64,000 bases of DNA from Candidatus Falkowbacteria bacterium (GTDB lineage: Bacteria > Patescibacteriota > Patescibacteriia > CAIXNZ01): contig JAFGMD010000012.1 of the NCBI GenBank assembly GCA_016927685.1, positions 23,866 to 87,865 of the forward strand, given 5' to 3'. A model generated the notes under the pieces. The model was given only the letters and a program-made list of their open reading frames with translations. It was not told where the DNA came from and made no database searches. The position numbers were made by a program, and so were the translations under genes. How positions within the stretch are numbered: position 1 is the stretch's first letter; each line of letters starts with the position of its first letter. Shown one piece after another: positions 37,101 to 44,305 of the stretch.

Positions 37101-37762
37101 TCAGGTCCGCAGGTCTTTATACTGTGTGGGCCAGGGCGACTGACAGCAGAGGCGGTATTGGAATGTCCGAAATCGTCTCTGTGAATGTTACACAGCCGAT
37201 TCCCAATGCTTTGGTCTGGTGCTACACCAGTCCGCCGGCTAATACGATGGGACAGGCTGCCAGCCTTGATCCAAATTCAGGACCTGACACAGGAGCCTGG
37301 ATTCCTTATCGAGATTTGGCAGTTGATGGTTCTGGTTGCGTATCCATTGCCCAAGTTGATGGGAGAATCCCCTACATTTGGGTAGATGGCACATACGGAC
37401 CAGCAGCCGATGGACTTTGGTTTGGCGCCAGCATTCCGCCGAACGAAATCTGGGTGGATGGCGTAGCTTACACTACGATCCAATTCTTCCCATATGTCGT
37501 CGGCATTGGTTCTGGTTACTTTGTCTGCTTGACTGATGATTGCGGCTTGCAATCTGGTTATGGCCACATTCTTATCCAGCTGTTTACGGACGCTGATAAG
37601 GATGGCACGCCAAATATCAGTGATAATTGCATGATATACGCAAATGATCAGCTGGACAGCAATGGTGACGGAGTGGGAGATGCCTGCGATGGCCGCGACA
37701 GCGACAACGATGCTTATCGCGACTATGACGATGCTTATCCCAACAATCCTCTTTTACACTAG
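34151..37762 (+). CDS. giant surface lipoprotein: 11 tandem ~95-aa Ig-like (Big-type) repeats, C-terminal domain, Asp-rich Ca-binding (TSP3-like) repeats
   Basis: AGGAGG SD before MKRTITAFVICMIMLTLAAC. Repeat consensus PPxVxIxSPADGATYxAPANFxVxAxAxDxDGDxIxxVExxxGxTVLGTDxTAPYSVxVTNLxxGNYVxWARATDxRGAxGxSQLVxIxVG. C-terminus DSNGDGVGDACDGRDSDNDAYRDYDD. The ORF track's upstream in-frame ATG at 34079 is a less likely start. Confidence 0.75.
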   Translation: MKRTITAFVICMIMLTLAACKGGNYNDNSGSGGANTPPTVVINTPNEDETFLPDSDINIRAHATDNGTVARIVILQGETVLCRNDAFTLNCTWEDVPAGHYTLVAIATDNEGATGSDTVRIFVGNAPPGTNLPPEVTITSPADGTDYPAPANFTVMVYATDPDDLVASVQFWIDDTPLGTDNTTPYSLDVTDLPAGRYVLWAEATDSRGATGISQLVVIEVGNISPLDNTPPVITIVSPANGANYQAPANFNVGAVAIDADGDAIASVDLMQGTTTLATLTAEPYVFSINNLPIGTYVFWGRATDVYGAQGISEPVTVSVTNTPLVANNPPNVLVTSPADGATYIAPANFNITAEAVDTDGDLIASVTFLINGTVLGTDNTAPYSVPVTNLPIGNYVIYARAIDARGAVGISQLISVHVGTVSPTANTPPTVVMVSPADGATYTAPTNIQVGAIASDPDGDAITHVELMQGNTLLLTDTTAPYNISITNLPAGTYVFWARAIDSRGASAISQLVRIRVYNPTPAINNPPRVIVVSPADGATYTAPASLSVTAYVTDPDGDAIGQVELLQGGTVIGTFNSAPYTVVLNNLTAGNYVFWARGTDARGATGVSQLVQIRVGNPTPAINIPPNVILTSPGDGVSYVAPANFNVGADVVDSDGDIITQVELMQGNTVLVIDTTAPYTLPITNLPVGNYTYWARATDSRGGVGVSQLVRITVVAAPPVVNNPPLVIITSPADGATYLAPANFTVTAIATDSDNDAIVSVTFMNGNTVLGTDISAPFSVPIVNLPIGNYVIYAQATDARGAVGTSQLINIFVGNVSPTINNPPIVVIVSPFDGATYTAPADFIVSAFVNDPDGDAITGVEFLMGSTVLGVDNTAPYDVSVTNLAAGNYVLWARATDNRGAVGMSQLVTIHVGSLPPSVNNDPLVILVSPANGANYVAPADFYAQALVIDPDGDAIIQVEFLVGNDVVAVDSTAPFTMPVKLRSAGLYTVWARATDSRGGIGMSEIVSVNVTQPIPNALVWCYTSPPANTMGQAASLDPNSGPDTGAWIPYRDLAVDGSGCVSIAQVDGRIPYIWVDGTYGPAADGLWFGASIPPNEIWVDGVAYTTIQFFPYVVGIGSGYFVCLTDDCGLQSGYGHILIQLFTDADKDGTPNISDNCMIYANDQLDSNGDGVGDACDGRDSDNDAYRDYDDAYPNNPLLH

Positions 37763-37782
37763 TTCTTTGTAACACATTTGTA

Positions 37783-37818
37783 ACACAAGGGCTTGCGCAA
37801 CTGCGCAAGCCCTTTTTC
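37783..37818 (+). terminator. terminator after giant lipoprotein gene (gggcttgcgca ac tgcgcaagccc + T-run)
   Basis: 11-bp stem followed by tttttctttt. The same cctttttctttt tail follows cassettes A and D. Confidence 0.8.
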
Positions 37819-37870
37819 TTTTCCAAAATTAAACTTTACAGAAAGCCAAAATCTAAGTAAAATAAAATAT

Positions 37871-38860
37871 ATGACTACAAAAAATAAACAAATAGTTTTA
37901 TCGGGCATACAGCCGACTGGCGAACTCCATATTGGCAATTATTTGGGCTCGCTGAAAAATTTTATAGAGCTGCAGGACAAATATCAATGTTATTTTTTTC
38001 TGGCAACTTATCATTCAATTACAGAAAATTACAATCCCAAAGAAAAGCATAAACAAGTTTTAGATTTGGCTGCAACGTATTTAGCAGCAAAACTTGATCC
38101 TAAAAAATGCATTATTTTTGACCAAGCAGATGTGCCAGCATGCACAGAATTAGCCTGGATTTTTAATAGTATTACACCTATTAATGAATTAGAAAGAATG
38201 ACCCAGTATAAAGATAAAGCTGCTAGGCAAATTAAAAATATTAATACTGGTCTTTTTGATTATCCTGTTTTACAAGCAGCTGACATTTTACTTTATCATG
38301 CCAACTTTGTACCGGTTGGCGCTGACCAATTACAGCACTTGGAATTGACTAATGAAATTGTCAGATGGTTTACCAATAAATTTGGAGAATATTTTCAACC
38401 CATTAAACCTCTGCTAACAAAAATGCCAAAAGTCATGTCCCTTATTGAGCCGGATAAAAAAATGAGTAAAAGTTTGGGTCCCTCGCATTATATTGCCATA
38501 AATGATGAACCGGATATTATTTTAGCCAAACTAAAAAAGGCAGTGACCGGCATGGGTACTGAAGAACAAATTCCAGCTGGCGCTCAAAATTTAATGACTC
38601 TGCTTTCGGAATTTGGCACAAAAGAAGATGTGGTTTATTTTGAAAATCAGATAAAAAATAAAACTATTAAATATTTTGAGCTTAAAGAAAAGCTGGCTAA
38701 AAATATTAGTGATTACTTTGCTGATTATCGAGCTAAATATAAAGAATTACAGGATAAGCCAGATTATATTGAAAAAGTGCTTAAACAAGGCGCTAAAGAG
38801 GCCCAAAAGGTTGCGCAAAAGACTATAAAAGAGGTTAAGGAATTAATTGGCGTGGCCTAA
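37871..38860 (+). CDS. trpS: tryptophanyl-tRNA synthetase
   Basis: Start at MTTKNKQIVLSGIQPTGELHIGNYLG (HIGH region). The ORF-track start at 37793 adds a non-conserved extension that overlaps the upstream terminator. Confidence 0.88.
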   Translation: MTTKNKQIVLSGIQPTGELHIGNYLGSLKNFIELQDKYQCYFFLATYHSITENYNPKEKHKQVLDLAATYLAAKLDPKKCIIFDQADVPACTELAWIFNSITPINELERMTQYKDKAARQIKNINTGLFDYPVLQAADILLYHANFVPVGADQLQHLELTNEIVRWFTNKFGEYFQPIKPLLTKMPKVMSLIEPDKKMSKSLGPSHYIAINDEPDIILAKLKKAVTGMGTEEQIPAGAQNLMTLLSEFGTKEDVVYFENQIKNKTIKYFELKEKLAKNISDYFADYRAKYKELQDKPDYIEKVLKQGAKEAQKVAQKTIKEVKELIGVA

Positions 38861-38868
38861 ATTGACCC

Positions 38869-38897
38869 TTGACAAAAACTGCTATATATAGTAAAAT
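38869..38897 (+). promoter_or_regulatory. rnpB promoter (TTGACA-N17-TAAAAT)
   Basis: ttgacaaaaactgctatatatagTAAAAT. Predicted TSS about 38904. Confidence 0.6.
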
Positions 38898-38904
38898 ATT
38901 AAGT

Positions 38905-39308
38905 ATCTAAATGCCAAATATGCAGATGATCGCTACTCCGTAGCTTTAGCGAAGGAGTAGAGGAAAGTCCGGACACTGAAAGCGGTAGTGGGTAACGCCC
39001 ACCGGCTTAATAGCAATATTAAGTCAGGACCAGTACCACAGAGACAATACTACCCCGCTTCGCGGGGGAAAGGTGAAAAGTGTTTTGAGGTTTTTGTTCT
39101 CGAGACAAAAGCGACAAAACTCAGCTCCTGGCAACAGGAAGCTTGTGGCAAACTCTACCTGGTGCAAGGACAAACTTATTTCTGGCAATGCTGGAAATAA
39201 TGACAAGTAGTCCGCATGAGCTTAGCAGTAATGTTAAGCCTAGATAGATGATCATCACCCGACTCAGGTCGAGGCACAAAATCCGGCTTACATATTTGGC
39301 ATTTAGAT
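38905..39308 (+). ncRNA. rnpB: RNase P RNA (bacterial type A)
   Basis: P1 pairs 38905-38921 with 39292-39308. Universally conserved GAGGAAAGTCCGGAC, GGGTAACGCC and ACAAAATCCGGCTTAC elements. Internal ORFs 38988..39200 (+) and 39024..39206 (-) are artefacts. Confidence 0.92.
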
Positions 39309-39311
39309 GTA

Positions 39312-39345
39312 ACCAAACGGAACTTAAAGGTTCCGTTTAGTTATA
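39312..39345 (+). terminator. terminator after rnpB (aaacggaac ttaaa ggttccgttt)
   Basis: Perfect 9-bp stem. Confidence 0.7.
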
Positions 39346-39354
39346 AAAACTTCT

Positions 39355-40785
39355 ATGAAAAAAACAGGATTAATTTTCACAATCTTACTTGTACCTATTG
39401 ATTTTCTAATGTTGGTTTTGGCAGCAGTTTCTGCCTACTATTTACGCGTCGGTTCTCTTGTTGCCGAAATCAGACCCGTTATTTATACACTTAAATTAAG
39501 CGAATATTTAAGCTATGCTTTTTTAGTTGCCATAATTTGGTTGATAATTTTTGCCTTAGCCGGTCTATATCGCATTGGTAGGCCAAAACTAAATGAAGAA
39601 ATTGCTAAAATATTCCTGGCTTGCTCAACTGGCATATTGACAATAATTGTGGCCATCTTCTTGCAAAGAGAATTGTTTTCTTCTCGCTTCATAATTTTAG
39701 CGGCTTGGGCCTTTGCCGTTATTTATGTAACTATTGGCCGCATAATTATTTTTGAAATACAAAAATCTTTATTAATGAAAGGTGTCGGTGCTATAAATAT
39801 CATTTTAATTGGCAATGATAAAAATACTCAAATAATCGCAGAAGAATTCAAGCAAAATCCTAAGCTTGGCTACAACATCATAAGAATATTTCCGACTTTT
39901 AATGAACAAATTAAGCGGGAAATTATTAATCTGAAAAAAACAGAAGAAATTGACGAAATTGTTCAGGCTGACCCAAATTTAAATAGGCAAATTACGCTTG
40001 ATTTAATTACCTTTACAGAAGAAAATCATATTATTTTTAAATTTTCAGCTGATATATATCAAACCAGAACAAGCCGTTTGGCCATTGATACTATGGCTGG
40101 TATGCCGATTTTTGAAATTAAAAAAACCAAGCTTGAGGGCTGGGGCTGGATTTATAAAAGAATTTTTGACATTATTGGTTCAATAATTTTAATAATCCTC
40201 ACCTTCCCGCTAATGTTGCTTGCTGCAGTAGCCATTAAAATAGATAGTAAGGGTCCAATCTTTTATAAAAATAAAAGGGTGGGACAACGCGGCAAAGAAT
40301 TTGAACTCTTTAAATTCCGTTCCATGTATTATGAAATGAGCACGGGTGTGGGTAGCCCAGAACAACAGAAAAAATCCTTAGAATACGAACAAAAATTAAT
40401 TGAAGAGAAAAATACTAGACCAGGAGCGGTTTATAAAATTGGCGAAGACCCAAGGGTTACAAGAGTGGGAAAATTTATTAGAAAATATTCTATTGATGAA
40501 TTGCCTCAATTTTTTAATGTTTTAATCGGCCAAATGAGCTTAGTTGGCCCTAGGCCACATCAGCCCAGAGAAGTCGCTCAATATCAAAAAGCTCAATATC
40601 ATTTGCTAGATATAAAACCTGGCGTAACAGGCATGGCTCAAATTTCTGGTCGCTCTGATCTGCAATTTGACGAGGAAGCTAAGCTAGATACATATTATAT
40701 AGAAAATTGGTCTATTTGGCTTGATTTAAGAATAATTTTAAGAACTCCCATTGTTGTACTTTGGCCAAAAAGAAAAGCATTATAA
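39355..40785 (+). CDS. undecaprenyl-phosphate sugar phosphotransferase (WbaP/CpsE-like bacterial sugar transferase)
   Basis: N-terminal multi-TM region. C-terminal catalytic region LVGPRPHQPREV...KPGVTGMAQISGRSDL. Confidence 0.85.
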   Translation: MKKTGLIFTILLVPIDFLMLVLAAVSAYYLRVGSLVAEIRPVIYTLKLSEYLSYAFLVAIIWLIIFALAGLYRIGRPKLNEEIAKIFLACSTGILTIIVAIFLQRELFSSRFIILAAWAFAVIYVTIGRIIIFEIQKSLLMKGVGAINIILIGNDKNTQIIAEEFKQNPKLGYNIIRIFPTFNEQIKREIINLKKTEEIDEIVQADPNLNRQITLDLITFTEENHIIFKFSADIYQTRTSRLAIDTMAGMPIFEIKKTKLEGWGWIYKRIFDIIGSIILIILTFPLMLLAAVAIKIDSKGPIFYKNKRVGQRGKEFELFKFRSMYYEMSTGVGSPEQQKKSLEYEQKLIEEKNTRPGAVYKIGEDPRVTRVGKFIRKYSIDELPQFFNVLIGQMSLVGPRPHQPREVAQYQKAQYHLLDIKPGVTGMAQISGRSDLQFDEEAKLDTYYIENWSIWLDLRIILRTPIVVLWPKRKAL

Positions 40786-40883
40786 AGCTAAAATATTGCG
40801 AAAAACAGCCAAAAACAAAGGTTGTTTTTTATTTAATCAATAAACTTGAAATTAGGGCGAAGATAAGATAAAATAAAAGCACT

Positions 40884-41981
40884 ATGAGGGTTGCTTTATT
40901 ACATGATTATCTTAATCAAGCGGGTGGCGCTGAACGGGTATTAATGGCGCTTACAGAATTATTTCCCGAAGCTCCTATTTACACGCTAATCTATGACAAA
41001 AAAAGATTGGCTGGTTTTGAAAATAAAAAAATTAAAACTTCTTTTTTACAAAAATTGCCCTTTGCTGCTTCGAAAATAAAATATTATTTGCCAATAATGC
41101 CTATTGCGGTTGAACAATTGAATCTTGGCAATTATGATCTAGTAATTTCTTCAACCTCTGCCCTTATTAAAGGCGTTATTACTCCCCCGCACACGCTGCA
41201 TATTTGCTATTGCCATACCCCAACCAGATATCTTTGGAGCGACACACATTCTTATCCTAAAGATATTAAAGTGGGCTCAATAGTTAAAAATATTTTGCCT
41301 TTTATGCTGACAAAATTGCGCCAATGGGATCATCATGCGGCTCAGCGCGTCAATCACTTTATTGCTAATTCGCATTTTATAGCCAGCCGCATTAAAAATT
41401 ATTATCATCGCGATAGCGAAGTCATTTATCCACCCGTTGATACGCAAAATTTTTATATTACCAATCAGCTTGGCAATTATTACCTTATAATATCCCGCCT
41501 GCGACCATATAAAAAAGTCGATATGGCCATCAGCGCTTTTAACAAATTAAATCTGCCCTTAAAAATTATTGGTACGGGCGAAGAAGAGGCAAGTTTAAGA
41601 AAAATGGCTAAATCTAATATAGAATTTTTGGGTGCTGTTTCTGAAGAAATAAAAAGAAAATACCTGTCTAACTGTTTAGCCCTAATTCATCCCCAAGAAG
41701 AAGATTTTGGTTTAACTGCTATAGAAGCCATGGCTTCTGGCAGGCCTGTCATCGCCTATGGCAGAGGAGGCGCCTTAGAAACAGTTATTGACGGCAAGAC
41801 CGGAAAATTATTTGATGAACAAAGTTGGGAGGCCTTAATAGATACTATTATCAAATTCAAACCCAACGAATATAATTCCTTTGAAATAAAAAAGCATTCG
41901 GAAAATTTTGACACGGAAAATTTTTACAAGCATATGAGGGAATTTGTCGAAAAATCATACCGCCAATTTAAAAATAGCTAA
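40884..41981 (+). CDS. glycosyltransferase family 4
   Basis: EDFGLTAIEAMASGRPVIA motif. Confidence 0.8.
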   Translation: MRVALLHDYLNQAGGAERVLMALTELFPEAPIYTLIYDKKRLAGFENKKIKTSFLQKLPFAASKIKYYLPIMPIAVEQLNLGNYDLVISSTSALIKGVITPPHTLHICYCHTPTRYLWSDTHSYPKDIKVGSIVKNILPFMLTKLRQWDHHAAQRVNHFIANSHFIASRIKNYYHRDSEVIYPPVDTQNFYITNQLGNYYLIISRLRPYKKVDMAISAFNKLNLPLKIIGTGEEEASLRKMAKSNIEFLGAVSEEIKRKYLSNCLALIHPQEEDFGLTAIEAMASGRPVIAYGRGGALETVIDGKTGKLFDEQSWEALIDTIIKFKPNEYNSFEIKKHSENFDTENFYKHMREFVEKSYRQFKNS

Positions 41982-41989
41982 ATTTTTTT

Positions 41990-43135
41990 ATGCAGATTGC
42001 CATAGATATTCGCTGTCTCATGAATAAAAATTATTCTGGCGTATCGCAGTATACTTATTATTTATTGAAAAATTTATTTGAACTAGATAAAAAAAATAAA
42101 TACAAACTCTTTTATAACTCAAGTAAAAACGTAACTGCTAATTTACCGCAATTCAATCATGACAATATTCAACGTTTTGGCTTCAAATTTTCCAATAAAA
42201 TATTAAATTTTTGCTTAAAATTTCTAAAATATCCAATGCTAGATAAATTAATGGGTGGCGCGGATATTTTTTTTATACCCAATATAAATTTTTTTTCCGC
42301 TTCAACTAAATGCAAAAAAATACTAACTATCCATGATTTATCTTTTGAATTATATCCCCACTTTTTTTCGCTTAAACGACGACTTTGGCATAAATTTATA
42401 AATGCCAGAAAAATAGTTGATAATTGTGATAAAATAATTGCTGATTCTGAAAATTCTAAAAATGATTTAATTAAGCTATATGGCGTCGAATCAAAAAAAA
42501 TTAAAGTAATCCATCTGGGAGTAGATCAAGATATTTTTAAAATAATACAAGCCAATGACGAAAAATTAAAGGAAATCAAGAAAAAATACGGATTACCAGA
42601 AAATTTTTTATTGGTTCTTAGCACCATAGAACCGCGCAAAAATATTGAAGGTATAATTGAGGCGTTTAATATAATCAAAGAAGGAAACAGCGAATTAAAA
42701 GATATGCAGTTAGTTATTGTCGGAGAAATTGGCTGGAAAAGCAAGAGAGTATTCACATTTGCCGATAATGCTCAATTTAAGGACCAAATAAAGTTTATTG
42801 GTTATGTCGATAATAAAGATAAAGTTTATCTATATAATTTGGCAAAAATCCTGCTTTTTCCCTCTTTCTATGAAGGATTTGGTTTGCCAATTCTAGAGGC
42901 ACAAGCTTGCGGTTTGCCTGTTATCGCGGGCTTAAATTCATCTCTTGCAGAAATTACAAATGGTTCTGCTTTTTTAGCCAAACCAGATAATTTAACGGAG
43001 ATTACCACTGGTATAAAAAAAATATTAAAAGATACGCAATATAGACAAAATTTAATAAAGAAAGGCAGGCAAAATATACAGCGTTTTTCTTGGCAAAAAT
43101 GCGCTCAAGAAACTCTTGATTATATCTTAAAATAA
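41990..43135 (+). CDS. glycosyltransferase family 4
   Basis: EGFGLPILEAQACGLPVIAG motif. Confidence 0.8.
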   Translation: MQIAIDIRCLMNKNYSGVSQYTYYLLKNLFELDKKNKYKLFYNSSKNVTANLPQFNHDNIQRFGFKFSNKILNFCLKFLKYPMLDKLMGGADIFFIPNINFFSASTKCKKILTIHDLSFELYPHFFSLKRRLWHKFINARKIVDNCDKIIADSENSKNDLIKLYGVESKKIKVIHLGVDQDIFKIIQANDEKLKEIKKKYGLPENFLLVLSTIEPRKNIEGIIEAFNIIKEGNSELKDMQLVIVGEIGWKSKRVFTFADNAQFKDQIKFIGYVDNKDKVYLYNLAKILLFPSFYEGFGLPILEAQACGLPVIAGLNSSLAEITNGSAFLAKPDNLTEITTGIKKILKDTQYRQNLIKKGRQNIQRFSWQKCAQETLDYILK

Positions 43136-43171
43136 TCTAATCCTTAATTTTATATTTCTAATTTATTCTTT

Positions 43172-44293
43172 ATGCGTATTGGCTTTGATGCCAGAATGTA
43201 TGGCAAGTCACAATCAGGCATTGGTAATTATATAAAACAGATTACCGATCGAATTTTTGAATTGGACAAAGAAAATGATTATTATCTCTTTCTTTTAGAG
43301 CCGCAATTTTCAGAATATACAGAACCACATAAAAAAATTCATAAAATAAAAGTGACTGCGCCCTGGTATAGCTATAGCGAACAAATTAATTTTTTATTTG
43401 ATTTACTAAAATACAAGCTTGATCTTGTACATTTCCCTAATTTCAATGCGCCTCTTTTATATCCATTTAAAAGAGTAACGACTATACATGACATTACTCC
43501 TAAATTTTTTCCAGGCCATAAACAAAAATCAATATGGCATAAATTGGCGTACAATTTAACAATTAGAACATCGTTAGCTTTATCGCAAAAAATTATTGCA
43601 ATTTCTCAGTGGACAAAAGCCGATTTACTCAAATATTTTGTTAAAAATCCCGATAAAATTGAAGTTACCTATTTAGGCACAGAACCCCAGTTTCAAGTTA
43701 TTGAAAATTATGCTAAAATTAAAGAAGTAAAAGAAAAATATAAGATCACAAAACCCTACCTGTTTTTTGTGGGAGTTTGGCGCAATCATAAAAATCTTGA
43801 AGGACTGGTTCACGCCTTTGAAATAATTAAAAAAGAGAGCCAATTTGATATTCAATTAGTCATTGCAGGACAAGAAGATCCGGCTTATTCTCAAATACGA
43901 GAAACAATTAATAATTCTCCTTTTAAAAATGATATAATCACCCCTGGCTTTATAAATGATGCTGATTTGCCCTTAATATATAATGGCGCTTCGCTTTTTG
44001 TCCTGCCATCTTTTTATGAAGGTTTTGGATTAATAGGTTTGGAAGCCATGGCTTGTGGCTTGCCAGTTATATCTTCAGATGCAACTTGTCTGCCAGAAAT
44101 ATATGGCGAAGCAGCATTATATTTTAACCCAAAAAATATTGATGAAATGGCTGAAAAAATTTTAGAGGCCTTAAAAAGTTTTCCATTGCAGGCAGAATTA
44201 AAAAATAAAGGTTTTGAACAAATAAAAAAATATTCTTGGGAAAAAACCGCCAGTCAAACCTTACAAATATATAAAAAAATATTAGGACAATAA
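43172..44293 (+). CDS. glycosyltransferase family 4
   Basis: EGFGLIGLEAMACGLPVISS motif. Confidence 0.8.
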   Translation: MRIGFDARMYGKSQSGIGNYIKQITDRIFELDKENDYYLFLLEPQFSEYTEPHKKIHKIKVTAPWYSYSEQINFLFDLLKYKLDLVHFPNFNAPLLYPFKRVTTIHDITPKFFPGHKQKSIWHKLAYNLTIRTSLALSQKIIAISQWTKADLLKYFVKNPDKIEVTYLGTEPQFQVIENYAKIKEVKEKYKITKPYLFFVGVWRNHKNLEGLVHAFEIIKKESQFDIQLVIAGQEDPAYSQIRETINNSPFKNDIITPGFINDADLPLIYNGASLFVLPSFYEGFGLIGLEAMACGLPVISSDATCLPEIYGEAALYFNPKNIDEMAEKILEALKSFPLQAELKNKGFEQIKKYSWEKTASQTLQIYKKILGQ

Positions 44294-44305
44294 ATCTCTT
44301 AAATA

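Noticed and set aside
37793-37870. 26-codon extension of trpS.
   Set aside because: Overlaps the upstream terminator hairpin. The HIGH-region N-terminus of TrpS starts at MTTKNKQ.
38988-39206. ORFs 38988..39200 (+) and 39024..39206 (-).
   Set aside because: They fall entirely inside the RNase P RNA gene.
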